From Thermoanaerobaculia bacterium (GTDB lineage Bacteria; Acidobacteriota; Thermoanaerobaculia; UBA5066), in the NCBI GenBank assembly GCA_963816185.1, contig CAWFJJ010000028.1:256001-320000 (forward strand): a stretch of 64,000 nucleotides of DNA, in the 5' to 3' direction. The notes beneath the pieces are model-generated. The model was not told the origin of the DNA and ran no database searches. It saw only the letters and a program-made list of their open reading frames with translations. Within the stretch, counting starts at the first letter, position 1. Every line of letters begins with the position of its first letter. A program made the position numbers and the translations under genes. Shown here piece by piece: positions 11,366 to 20,977 of this stretch.

Positions 11366-11859
11366 GACCCCCAGGAATCATTGCCGCTCGTTGATGTAAG
11401 CGGATCAGTAACTTCGAGCGAGTGCACTACCGTCAACGAAGGCGAAAAAGGGTCAATCGAAGGCGAAACGGAACAGTTTGCGAACAGTCCTTGCGAGACC
11501 GACGATGACGCCGAGGACCTCATGCGTTCTCGCGGAGGCTTCGAGTGAAGCGCGCGTTCGGGCCCAGAGGGCGCCCTTGATGGCTTGGAACGAGATCCCA
11601 GCCGTCGTCGCCTCTCTGACGGCGGCGGATGGCCCGCTTGAGGACGTTGCGCGACCGCTCGCGGCTACGACCACCCATGCCGAGGGGCGTGAGGAGGGGC
11701 CCGTCTACGTCCCGAAAGTCGAGGCGAAAAGCGGCCCGTGGATGACGGGCAGGACGCGAAAACACCCCTTTCCGGCGCTGGGCCCGAGGGAACTTTCAAG
11801 CCCGAGAGCGCCTCTGCGTGGTGCGTCGTCACCGCCTCGAGGTGCCTCAGCGTCGCAGG

Positions 11860-12200
11860 AGTGCATCGACGTGCGGACGCTTGGCCGCTTCAAGGTGAGG
11901 TCTACGGAGGATCGCGCGAAGGGGTGTCGGATCGACCCCTGGCACCTCGAGATGGTCTGCCAGAAGGGGACGATCTTCCCGCACGGGGGCACCCTGCTTC
12001 AGGCCTACACGGACCGGATGCACACTCGAAAGCGGCTCAAGGCGCTGCCGGGTGTGAGGGTCTTTCAGGACGGCGACTTCGAGACGACGGTCATCTTCGA
12101 CGTTCGGGGCTTCGCCCGCGTCGCCGAGGTGATGCGGCCCCGAAAGCGACGGCCCGCTCCCGCCTGGCTCCCGCGAAGACCCGGCTCGCGTTGGCCGTGA
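11860..12200 (+). CDS. Hypothetical protein (start uncertain)
   Basis: Protein-like C-terminal part of ORF 11478..12200 (DPWHLEM...GTIFPHGG...QDGDFETTVIFD). Confidence 0.45.
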
Positions 12201-12227
12201 CGGCGACCTCTGGCCTCGCGGCGCTCC

Positions 12228-12286
12228 ACGGCGCCGCCTCGGAATGAGTCACTCGAAACGATGCAGCGCCGCATCGAAACGAGACA
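12228..12286 (+). promoter_or_regulatory. Putative upstream activator sequence of array 1
   Basis: Near-identical copy at 19065-19123; TCGAAACGA direct repeats 21 bp apart overlapping a CGATGC-N6-GCATCG palindrome. Confidence 0.6.
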
Positions 12287-12338
12287 CCTGAGGCCCGAAT
12301 CAGGCCGCCACCAAGCGATGAGATCGCTTCTCAGCCTA

Positions 12339-12353
12339 TGGAACGGTACTTGC
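12339..12353 (+). promoter_or_regulatory. Sigma-54 -24/-12 promoter of array 1
   Basis: TGGAACG-GTAC-TTGC fits YGGCACG-N4-TTGC with one mismatch; equivalent site in array 2. Confidence 0.7.
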
Positions 12354-12445
12354 TCCTGCTGGACCCGGTAACGAAACTGCGACTTCGTCGAAAGCAAGTC
12401 GCCGGGCAGGCAAAGGGCTCGATGAGCCCGGAAAGGAAGAGCACC

Positions 12446-12592
12446 ATGGTCACGAAAAAGGGGAAGACGACGAAGAAGATGAAGGATCTGGGCGCCAGGA
12501 AGGTGACGGCCAAGCAAGCCGGGAAGGTCAAAGGAGGCATAGGCGCAGGGGGCGGCGGCGGCTCAGGGAAAGTGGGTTGGATCAAGGTCTGA
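12446..12592 (+). CDS. GG-leader peptide 0 (divergent leader), tail IGAGGGGGSGKVGWIKV
   Basis: RBS GAAAGGA; leader MVTKKGKTTKKMKDLGARKVTAKQAGKVKGG. Confidence 0.7.
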   Translation: MVTKKGKTTKKMKDLGARKVTAKQAGKVKGGIGAGGGGGSGKVGWIKV

Positions 12593-12633
12593 CGAGCGCC
12601 ACTTGCCGGAAAGGCCGCCGGGATCGTCGGTCG

Positions 12634-12918
12634 ATGAAGACAGGCCGCCGTAGGAGCAGGTCTTCGCCGGGGGTCGTCCCACTCAGGGACCTCGTCCCCC
12701 GAAACGACCCCAAGGGGGGCATGGCACAGAAGACGGTCTTCGGCGAAGGTCCCCCGGTTCTCGAGACAGAGGAGAAGCAGCCTTTCACGACGTTCGGGCC
12801 GAACGAAGGCGGAAGCCGGGTCACGGCCAGAACAGGGAGAAAGGAGAAGCGAAATGAAAAAGGCCACGAAGAATTCCCCGAAGGTCTCTCACAAGAAGGC
12901 GAAGGACCTCGAGGTTAA
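12634..12918 (+). CDS. Array-associated small protein A (PLRDLVPRNDPKGG)
   Basis: Paralog at 19215..19439 in an equivalent position. Confidence 0.55.
   Translation: MKTGRRRSRSSPGVVPLRDLVPRNDPKGGMAQKTVFGEGPPVLETEEKQPFTTFGPNEGGSRVTARTGRKEKRNEKGHEEFPEGLSQEGEGPRG
12792..12833 (+). repeat. 42-nt stem-loop element, copy 1
   Basis: GTTCGGGCCG-AACGAA-GGCGGAAGCC-GGGTCA-CGGCCAGAAC just upstream of the RBS. Confidence 0.85.
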
Positions 12919-12997
12919 GCCTGCCAAGGGCGGCACGGTTCGTGGAGGGCTCGGAGGGAGCCACGGAGACGACACCCCAATAGAAAGTCGTCGTTGA
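12854..12997 (+). CDS. GG-leader peptide 1, tail LGGSHGDDTPIESRR
   Basis: Translated by hand: MKKATKNSPKVSHKKAKDLEVKPAKGGTVRGG; AAGGAG RBS. Confidence 0.85.
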   Translation: MKKATKNSPKVSHKKAKDLEVKPAKGGTVRGGLGGSHGDDTPIESRR

Positions 12998-13102
12998 CGC
13001 GCGAAGACCTGTATCACTCGTAGCAAGGTTACCGTTGCTGTCGATGGCTTTTGGAAGGCAGTAGCCTGCTCGCGGCCAAAACAGGAAGTAAGGAGACACG
13101 AC

Positions 13103-13234
13103 ATGAAGACCAAGAAGAAGAGCGCCCCGAAGGCTTCCCACAGGAAGGCGGTCAGAAATCTCGACATCAAGCCCGCCAAGGGTGGGACGGTGCGTGGAGG
13201 AAGGAAAGCAGGCGAAAAACCGCTGGAGTTTTGA
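13103..13234 (+). CDS. GG-leader peptide 2, tail RKAGEKPLEF
   Basis: MKTKKKSAPKASHRKAVRNLDIKPAKGGTVRGG; AAGGAG RBS. Confidence 0.85.
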   Translation: MKTKKKSAPKASHRKAVRNLDIKPAKGGTVRGGRKAGEKPLEF

Positions 13235-13336
13235 GTATCAGCGACAATTGAAGTCGCCGCTGCCGGCGAGGTCGTTTCACGCCGTAGAAGGGCTCGCCCC
13301 TCAGGCAGCACATTCCTGCGGCAGCTTTCATCGGAT

Positions 13337-13378
13337 GTTCCGGCCGAACGAAGGCAGAAGCCGGGTCACGACCGAAAC
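13337..13378 (+). repeat. 42-nt stem-loop element, copy 2
   Basis: GTTCCGGCCGAACGAAGGCAGAAGCCGGGTCACGACCGAAAC. Confidence 0.85.
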
Positions 13379-13397
13379 AAGAAAGAGGAGAAACGAC

Positions 13398-13529
13398 ATG
13401 AAGAAGACCACGAAGAAGAGCCCCTCGAAGGCCTCTCACAAGAAGACGGTCAAGGACCTCGACGTCAAGCCCGCCAAGGGTGGGACCGTTCGTGGGGGCT
13501 TCCCGACGCCATGGAGAAGCAAGCCCTAA
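13398..13529 (+). CDS. GG-leader peptide 3, tail FPTPWRSKP
   Basis: MKKTTKKSPSKASHKKTVKDLDVKPAKGGTVRGG; GAGGAG RBS. Confidence 0.85.
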   Translation: MKKTTKKSPSKASHKKTVKDLDVKPAKGGTVRGGFPTPWRSKP

Positions 13530-13570
13530 GGCCGCTCGAAATGACGCGGCATCCAGAAAGGAGCAGCGAC

Positions 13571-13663
13571 ATGAAGAAGGCTACGAAGAAAACCCCCTCG
13601 AAAGCCTCTCAGAAGAAGGCGGTCAAGGACTTCGACGTCAAGCCCAGCAAAGGGGGAACGGTT
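13571..13663 (+). pseudogene. GG-leader peptide 4, cut by the IS just before RGG
   Basis: MKKATKKTPSKASQKKAVKDFDVKPSKGGTV followed directly by the IS left end. Confidence 0.85.
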
Positions 13664-13713
13664 TGAATCGCCCCGGCATTTCCGGAGGCTCCAACACTTG
13701 AGAGGATGGAGCG

Positions 13714-14945
<1,232 letters not shown>

Positions 14946-15026
14946 ACAGGTCTCCGGAGAACCCGGGGCGTTTCACAAGCCCTAAGGCCGCTCGAAATGA
15001 CGCGGCATCCAGAAAGGAGAAACGAC

Positions 15027-15158
15027 ATGAAGAAGACCACGAAGAAGAGCCCGAAGGCCTCCCACAAGAAAACGGTGAAGGACCTCGACGTCAAGCATGC
15101 CAAGACGGTTCGTGGAGGAGTCAGCGAAATCATCATCACCAAAAGAATCGACAGGTAA
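15027..15158 (+). CDS. GG-leader peptide 5, tail VSEIIITKRIDR
   Basis: MKKTTKKSPKASHKKTVKDLDVKHAKTVRGG; AAGGAG RBS. Confidence 0.85.
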   Translation: MKKTTKKSPKASHKKTVKDLDVKHAKTVRGGVSEIIITKRIDR

Positions 15159-15244
15159 ACGAGCGCGTGACACGCTCGAAGGCCCGCATGGTGCGACTCG
15201 CCTCGAGCGCCGACGCATCCGCCAAGAGCCAGCCTTCCCACGAC

Positions 15245-15286
15245 GTTCCGGCCGAACGAAGGCAGAAGCCGGGTCACGGCCGAGAC
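15245..15286 (+). repeat. 42-nt stem-loop element, copy 3
   Basis: GTTCCGGCCGAACGAAGGCAGAAGCCGGGTCACGGCCGAGAC. Confidence 0.85.
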
Positions 15287-15306
15287 AAGAAGAAAGGAGA
15301 AACGAC

Positions 15307-15444
15307 ATGAAAAAGACCACGAAGAAGAGCGCCTCCAAGGCTTCACACAAGAAGGCCATCAAGGACCTCGGCGTCAAGCCCGCCAAGAGCGGGACGGTCC
15401 GTGGAGGCTTGTGGCGGGCTGGGGGAGGGCCAATCAAGTACTGA
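15307..15444 (+). CDS. GG-leader peptide 6, tail LWRAGGGPIKY
   Basis: MKKTTKKSASKASHKKAIKDLGVKPAKSGTVRGG; AAGGAG RBS. Confidence 0.85.
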   Translation: MKKTTKKSASKASHKKAIKDLGVKPAKSGTVRGGLWRAGGGPIKY

Positions 15445-15504
15445 TCGCCCGGTGGTACGCCGGGCCATGACGCCGCCTCCGACCACGCCGGCCGTCGAGC
15501 TACC

Positions 15505-15726
15505 TTGAGCACCGGCACCGTCAGCATGTCCTTCGCCCCAATCGGCTCGAACCTGCCGGACTTCGACAACTACTTCTGCCGCGACTGCCGACGCATCATC
15601 CATGTGCGGAAAGGATCGCCTGGCTTTCGCGCGTGCCCGACTCCGGGATGCACGCGGCCGACGGGGTTCGGGGTATACGCGAAGACGCGACGACCGAGAG
15701 GCGTCGCAGGGAGTCCGGCCTCATGA
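15505..15726 (+). CDS. Cys-rich mini-ORF (CRDC...CPTPGC), repeated element
   Basis: About 165-nt similar copy at 18476-18641 and a partial copy at 11205-11289. Confidence 0.5.
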   Translation: MSTGTVSMSFAPIGSNLPDFDNYFCRDCRRIIHVRKGSPGFRACPTPGCTRPTGFGVYAKTRRPRGVAGSPAS

Positions 15727-15794
15727 CGGCTTGCGCTCGCCGCTGAGTGCCTCCGACTGCGTCGCAGCCACGGATAGAATCCCGACAGAGCTTC

Positions 15795-18479
15795 GTGACA
15801 ATCAGCCCCGGCACTCGCCTCGGCCCCTACGAGGTCCTCGCGCCTCTCGGCGCGGGCGGGATGGGGGAGGTCTACCGGGCGCGCGACACGCGGCTTTCAC
15901 GGGACGTCGCCATCAAAGTTGTCCACCCCGGCCTCGCCTCGGATCCCGACCGCCTGTCGCGCTTCGAGAAGGAAGCGCGTGCCGCAGCCCAGCTCGATCA
16001 CCCCAACGTCCTCGTCGTCCACGACGTCGGGTCGCACGAAGGCAGCCCGTTCATCGTCTCGGAGCTTTTGCAGGGCGAGTCGCTCCGCGAAAAGCTCGGT
16101 ACTCCCCTGCTGCCGAAGAAGGCCGTGGATTACGCCATCCAGATCGCGCACGGCCTCGCGGCGGCGCACGAGAAGGGGATCGTCCACCGGGACATCAAGC
16201 CCGAAAACGTCTTCGTCACGAAGGACGGGCACGTCAAGATCCTCGACTTCGGCGTCGCCAAGCTCATCCCTTCCTTTGAGGCCTCCGGCGTCGACACCGA
16301 GACTCCCACCGCAACCGCCACGCAGGCCGGCACCGCCGTCGGCACCGTGGCCTACATGTCGCCCGATCAGGTCCGTGGCCAGCCCGTGGACGCGCGGTCG
16401 GACCTCTTCTCGCTGGGAGTTGTTCTCTACGAGATGCTGTCGGGGAAGCGCCCCTTCCAGAGAGATACGCCTGCCGATACGATGTCGGCCATCCTGCGGG
16501 AGGATCCCCCCTCACTTGCGGGCACCACGCCTGCGATTCCTCCCGCTCTGCAGGAGATTGTCAGCCAGTGCCTGGAGAAACAGCCGGCGGATCGGTTCTC
16601 GTCGGCACACGACCTGGCCCTGGCGCTGCAGGCTGCCGGAAGCCCGAAAGAGGAGGGGTCCAAGGTCCCTGCGGCCGCCGATCGCAGGCCGGCCGTGCCA
16701 GCTCCGCGGCAGCGTTTCGCCCTGCTGGCACTCGCGGGTATTGCGGTGTTGGCAGTGCTGGGCGCGCTTGCTCTCAGACATAAAGCTGCAGGCCCGAGCG
16801 CCCAACCGGCTAGGCCGCTCCGGATCGTCGTTCTTCCTTTCGAGAATCTCGGGTCTCCCGACGACGCGTACTTTGCGGGCGGGATGACCGAGGAGATCAC
16901 GAGCCGCCTGGCGAACGTCCGGACCCTCGCGGTCATCTCGCGCACGACGGCGACCCAGTACGACCGGAAGGGAAAGACAATCGAGCAAATCGGTAAGGAC
17001 CTGGGCGTCGGCTACGTCCTCGAGGGCTCAGTCCGCTGGGACCGGAGCGGCGGCGGCCCGGGGCGGGTGCGAATCACGCCGCAGCTCATCCGGGTTTCCG
17101 ACGACACGCACCTCTGGTCCGAGCGTTATGACCGGCAGCTCGCGGACATCTTTGCCATTCAGGGCGACGTTGCCGATGGCGTCGTCCGGGCCTTGAACAT
17201 CACGCTTGCGCCGGCCGAGTCGACTGCCCTGCATCAGCTGCCGACGAAAGACCTCCAAGCCTACGATCTCTATCTGCGGACGCTCGAACTGGCCAAGCGG
17301 GGTCTCGAGCCCTCGGTCATCGCTCAGCAGATCAAGCTGGCCGGCGAGGCCGTCGACCGGGACCCGAAGTTCGCCGAGGTGCTCGCCCTGCTCGCGCAAG
17401 CCCGCATTTCCAATTACTGGCTTCATTACGACCGGACGGAGTCTGAACTGGAGAGGGCAAGACTCGAGGCGGAGCGCGCGGTCGCCCTGCGTCCCGATTC
17501 GGTGCAGGCGCATCTGGCCCTCGGCCAGTACTATTACATGGGGCGTCTCGACTACGAGATGGCCCTCACCGAATATGGAAAGGCCCTGGCGCTACAGCCG
17601 AATGGCTCGGACGTCCTCTACCCCATCGGCACCGTCTATCGGCGCCAGGGGAGGTGGGAGGAGGCAAGAGAACTGTTCCAAAGAGCGCTCGACAGGGACC
17701 CCCGGAACGGCAGCCTTTGGTACATGCTCGGAGAGACGCAGCTCATTCTGCGCGACTACGCCGATGCCATCCGAAATCTCGCCATGTCCTCGTCGCTCAA
17801 CCCGAACTACGTCTGGGGGCACTGCTATCGGGCGTGGGCCCACGTCCTGTGGCGCGGCGACGTCGCCAGCTCCCGGCGCATCCTGAGCGCGGCGTCGGTC
17901 CTGTCCGGTCTGGACGATCCGGGGGGATGGGTGGACTACTTCTCGGTGCGCACAGCCGAGATCGAACGCGACTGGGAGGGAGCCCTGCGCCCGCTGAACT
18001 CCCGGAAACTCGAGGCCGTGACGGGCCAGCTCCTTTACGTCCCGATGTCGCTGCTACGCGCCGAGGTGCTGTCGTACACCGGGCGCCACGATCTGGCGCA
18101 GCAGGCTTACGAAGAGGCCGGCCGTATCCTGGTGCGGAAGATCCAGGAAACGCCAAAGGACTCGCGTCTTCATTCGTCACTCGGTCTCGCGCTGGCCGGG
18201 CTCGGCAGGATGGACGAGGCCGTGCGGGAGGGCGAGCGCGGCGTCGAGTTGCTCCCACCCGAAAAAGAGGCGTACCGGGGAACGTACCGGGTGGAAGACC
18301 TCGCGCGCATCTACATGATGGCCGGTCGTCAGGACGACGCCATCCGGCAGCTCGACATCCTGTTGTCCCGTCCCTCACAGGTCTCGGTGACGTTGCTCAG
18401 GCTCGACCCTTGGTGGGACCCGCTGCGCAAGAACCCGAGGTTCGAGGCGTTGCTGGCGAAGTACGAGGTCAAGCCGTGA
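15795..18479 (+). CDS. Hanks-type Ser/Thr kinase with TM helix, TolB-N-like domain and TPRs
   Basis: GAGGMGEVY, HRDIKPEN, DFG; IVVLPFENL...YFAGGMTEEI; TPR repeats; DPLRKNPRF C-terminus. Confidence 0.93.
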   Translation: MTISPGTRLGPYEVLAPLGAGGMGEVYRARDTRLSRDVAIKVVHPGLASDPDRLSRFEKEARAAAQLDHPNVLVVHDVGSHEGSPFIVSELLQGESLREKLGTPLLPKKAVDYAIQIAHGLAAAHEKGIVHRDIKPENVFVTKDGHVKILDFGVAKLIPSFEASGVDTETPTATATQAGTAVGTVAYMSPDQVRGQPVDARSDLFSLGVVLYEMLSGKRPFQRDTPADTMSAILREDPPSLAGTTPAIPPALQEIVSQCLEKQPADRFSSAHDLALALQAAGSPKEEGSKVPAAADRRPAVPAPRQRFALLALAGIAVLAVLGALALRHKAAGPSAQPARPLRIVVLPFENLGSPDDAYFAGGMTEEITSRLANVRTLAVISRTTATQYDRKGKTIEQIGKDLGVGYVLEGSVRWDRSGGGPGRVRITPQLIRVSDDTHLWSERYDRQLADIFAIQGDVADGVVRALNITLAPAESTALHQLPTKDLQAYDLYLRTLELAKRGLEPSVIAQQIKLAGEAVDRDPKFAEVLALLAQARISNYWLHYDRTESELERARLEAERAVALRPDSVQAHLALGQYYYMGRLDYEMALTEYGKALALQPNGSDVLYPIGTVYRRQGRWEEARELFQRALDRDPRNGSLWYMLGETQLILRDYADAIRNLAMSSSLNPNYVWGHCYRAWAHVLWRGDVASSRRILSAASVLSGLDDPGGWVDYFSVRTAEIERDWEGALRPLNSRKLEAVTGQLLYVPMSLLRAEVLSYTGRHDLAQQAYEEAGRILVRKIQETPKDSRLHSSLGLALAGLGRMDEAVREGERGVELLPPEKEAYRGTYRVEDLARIYMMAGRQDDAIRQLDILLSRPSQVSVTLLRLDPWWDPLRKNPRFEALLAKYEVKP

Positions 18480-18687
18480 GCACCGGCACCGTCAACACGT
18501 CCTTCGCCCCGATTGGCTCGAATCTCCCGGACTGCGGCAACTTCTTTTGCCGTGACCGCCGACGCATCGTCCATGTGCGGAAGGGATCTCCAGGCTTTCG
18601 CGCGTGCCCGACGCCGGGATGCACGCGGCCGACGGGGTTCGGAGCGTTCGCCGGGGTGCCGCGACCTGCGCGAGAATTGAGACGCCG

Positions 18688-18939
18688 ATGAGTTCGACGC
18701 GAACCCCCTCATGCTTCTTCTGCGGCCGAACCTCGCCTTTTTCGTTCTTCATGGGGGCGTCGCGGATAGACTGTCCGACCTGCGGCTCGTACGATGTGAC
18801 TGTCGGCGTGAGCAGCCGGATCCGTTCCAACCCGCAGATGAAGGCGTTGGTCCGCGCGGAGATCCGCAGGCAACTTGACAGCGGAGTCGCGAGGCCGCGC
18901 ATCAACCTCGACGACATCAAGGCACTCAAGGGGCGTTGA
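18688..18939 (+). CDS. Small Zn-ribbon protein, paralog B
   Basis: CFFCGR...IDCPTCG...RPRINLDDIKALKGR. Confidence 0.7.
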   Translation: MSSTRTPSCFFCGRTSPFSFFMGASRIDCPTCGSYDVTVGVSSRIRSNPQMKALVRAEIRRQLDSGVARPRINLDDIKALKGR

Positions 18940-19064
18940 CCTCGGCTGTCGGCCTGCCTCAGGTCCCCTCGCCTGTCACAAGCACCCGCGCCTCCCCCGG
19001 CGCGGCCTCCGCCTCGGGGAGCGACCTCCCCGGCTCGATACGCTCGACGACGCCGAGGCCCGCG

Positions 19065-19123
19065 ACGGCGCCGCCTCGGAATGAGCCACTCGAAACGATG
19101 CAGCATCGCATCGAAACGAGACA
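19065..19123 (+). promoter_or_regulatory. Putative upstream activator sequence of array 2
   Basis: Copy of 12228-12286. Confidence 0.6.
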
Positions 19124-19174
19124 GGTCGGTCCGAGATAGGCGCCGCTGAGGGCTTGAGACCGCTTCTCAGCCTA

Positions 19175-19189
19175 CGGCATGGCGTTTGC
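19175..19189 (+). promoter_or_regulatory. Sigma-54 -24/-12 promoter of array 2
   Basis: CGGCATG-GCGT-TTGC, preceded by the same CGCTTCTCAGCCTA as in array 1. Confidence 0.7.
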
Positions 19190-19214
19190 CTTCCGTTCAG
19201 CCGGCCATAGTGCG

Positions 19215-19439
19215 ATGAACACACGCCGCCGCAGGACAAAGCCGCCGCCGGGGGTCGTCCCCCTCAGGGACCTCGTCCCCCGGAACGACCCCAAGGGGGG
19301 CTCGGCCGGGAAGACGGTTTTCGGCGAGCGTCCCCTGGTCACCGAGACAGAGGAAAAGCAGCACATTCAGGATGTTCCGGTCGAACGAAGGCGGAAGCCG
19401 GGTCACGGCCGAAACAGCACGAAAGGAGAAACGACATGA
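19215..19439 (+). CDS. Array-associated small protein B (PLRDLVPRNDPKGG)
   Basis: Paralog of 12634..12918; its stop overlaps the ATG of peptide 7 (ATGA). Confidence 0.55.
   Translation: MNTRRRRTKPPPGVVPLRDLVPRNDPKGGSAGKTVFGERPLVTETEEKQHIQDVPVERRRKPGHGRNSTKGETT
19374..19415 (+). repeat. 42-nt stem-loop element, copy 4
   Basis: GTTCCGGTCGAACGAAGGCGGAAGCCGGGTCACGGCCGAAAC. Confidence 0.85.
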
Positions 19440-19597
19440 AGACCACGAAGAAAACCCCCTCGAAGCCCGCTCACAAGAGGGCGATCAAGGACCTTGACGT
19501 CAAGTCCGTCAAGGGCCGCACGGTTCGTGGGGGAATCGTGAAACTTGTCGACGCGGACTCTCCCAAACTCCACGATACGCCCGTGAAGGGCGGGTAA
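19436..19597 (+). CDS. GG-leader peptide 7, tail IVKLVDADSPKLHDTPVKGG
   Basis: MKTTKKTPSKPAHKRAIKDLDVKSVKGRTVRGG; AAGGAG RBS. Confidence 0.85.
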   Translation: MKTTKKTPSKPAHKRAIKDLDVKSVKGRTVRGGIVKLVDADSPKLHDTPVKGG

Positions 19598-19713
19598 GGA
19601 CTGAAGCAACTCGAACACCACACCGCTTCCCGCGAGCGCAAACATGGTCCGGCGCCGGAGGTCTAGAGCGGCTCGTCGGGTCACGCCCGAAACAGGAAGT
19701 AAGGAGACACGAC

Positions 19714-19866
19714 ATGAAAAAGACCACGAAGAAAAGCCCCTCGAAGGTTTCTCACAAGAAGGCGGCCAAGGACCTCGCCGTCAATCCCGCCAAGGGCAGG
19801 ACGGTCCGTGGAGGCCTTGGAAGCGTCGAGGGAGAGTCGATTCGCAAAGGTCACAGTCCAGATTGA
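19714..19866 (+). CDS. GG-leader peptide 8, tail LGSVEGESIRKGHSPD
   Basis: MKKTTKKSPSKVSHKKAAKDLAVNPAKGRTVRGG; AAGGAG RBS. Confidence 0.85.
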   Translation: MKKTTKKSPSKVSHKKAAKDLAVNPAKGRTVRGGLGSVEGESIRKGHSPD

Positions 19867-19894
19867 CTACGGGAGGAATTAGCCCTCTCAGGAC

Positions 19895-19936
19895 GTTCCG
19901 GCCGAACGAAGGCAGAAGCCGGGTCACGACCGAAAC
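19895..19936 (+). repeat. 42-nt stem-loop element, copy 5
   Basis: GTTCCGGCCGAACGAAGGCAGAAGCCGGGTCACGACCGAAAC. Confidence 0.85.
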
Positions 19937-19956
19937 GGGAAGAAAGGAGAAAAGCC

Positions 19957-20097
19957 ATGAAGAAGACCACGAAGAAGACCGTCTCGAAGGCTTCTCACAA
20001 GAAGGGAGTCAAGGACCTCGACGTCAAGCCCGTCAAGGGCGGGTCGGTCCGTGGAGGGAGCTTGTACCCGGGTTACCCCAAGGACAAAACGGAATAG
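19957..20097 (+). CDS. GG-leader peptide 9, tail SLYPGYPKDKTE
   Basis: MKKTTKKTVSKASHKKGVKDLDVKPVKGGSVRGG; AAGGAG RBS. Confidence 0.85.
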   Translation: MKKTTKKTVSKASHKKGVKDLDVKPVKGGSVRGGSLYPGYPKDKTE

Positions 20098-20359
20098 CGT
20101 TAGCTCGCCGCGGGAGCCTGATGTCGTTTGACACCAAAACGAGAACCCGTCACCTAGTTTGGCGCGTCAGAACCTCGTTGCGGACTCGCTTCGCTCGCCG
20201 CTGAGCCCTCGGCAGCCGGACTGCCTGTAAAGAGAAATCCCTTCAGCGCTTTCAGCCACACGCCGACGATTCTCCAGGCACTTCGGACCGGCTCGATCTG
20301 TCGCAAGAAATATATAGATTTCACTTGACAGGACGCTGGCCGGGCCCTACCTATGGAGC

Positions 20360-20977
20360 ATGACCACAACAGCCGTCTACATCAGAGTCAGCTCGAAGCG
20401 CCAAGACACAGCCAGTCAGGAGCCCGATGTGAAGCGTTACCTCGCGGCCAACGGCCTCGAGGGCGCCATGGTTTACCGCGACAAGTTCACGGGCCGCACC
20501 ATGGAGCGCCCCGGCTTCCAGAGGCTCCTTGCTGCCATCCGCGCCGGCGAGGTCAAGCGGGTCGTCATTTGGCGTCTTGACCGCCTCGGACGAACGGCGG
20601 GCGGCCTGTCCATGCTCCTCGACGAGTTCGTCGCCCGTAAGGTGAACCTCGTCAGCCTGCGTGACGGGCTTGACCTCGGCACACCGGCCGGAAAACTGAT
20701 GGCACACGTTCTCGGCTCCATCGCAGCCTATGAGACGGAGGTTCGTGCCGAGCGCGTTCTCGCCGGCATCGAAGCAGCCAGAGAGCGCGGCGTCCGTCTC
20801 GGTCGGCCCGCGGGCGTCCACACAGCCGTCAAGGTCAAGCCGGAGCAGGCCGGGCAGGTGCGGCGTCTCAACGAGGAGGGGAAGGGCGTGACGCTGATTG
20901 CCCGCGCTGTTGGCTTGTCACGACCAACCGTCTATCGACTTCTCGCTTCCAAGAGTTTCCTTGGCTTGACCCCATGA
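20360..20977 (+). CDS. Small serine recombinase (resolvase/invertase) with C-terminal HTH
   Basis: YIRVSS catalytic motif, RLDRLGR, GRP, GLSRPTVYR. Confidence 0.92.
   Translation: MTTTAVYIRVSSKRQDTASQEPDVKRYLAANGLEGAMVYRDKFTGRTMERPGFQRLLAAIRAGEVKRVVIWRLDRLGRTAGGLSMLLDEFVARKVNLVSLRDGLDLGTPAGKLMAHVLGSIAAYETEVRAERVLAGIEAARERGVRLGRPAGVHTAVKVKPEQAGQVRRLNEEGKGVTLIARAVGLSRPTVYRLLASKSFLGLTP

Noticed and set aside
12792-12833. 42-nt element as an attC site or c-di-GMP-I riboswitch
   Set aside because: Its ends run GTT...AAC, the reverse of attC (RYYYAAC...GTTRRRY), and it lacks the GGCAAA and GCAAAG motifs of the riboswitch
13500-13529. Tails FPTPWRSKP (peptide 3) and SLYPGYPKDKTE (peptide 9) as Hcp fragments
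   Set aside because: I recall no convincing Hcp motif for them; FPTPW only faintly recalls the (W/F)PxKW of gp19-like tail tubes and is too short to claim
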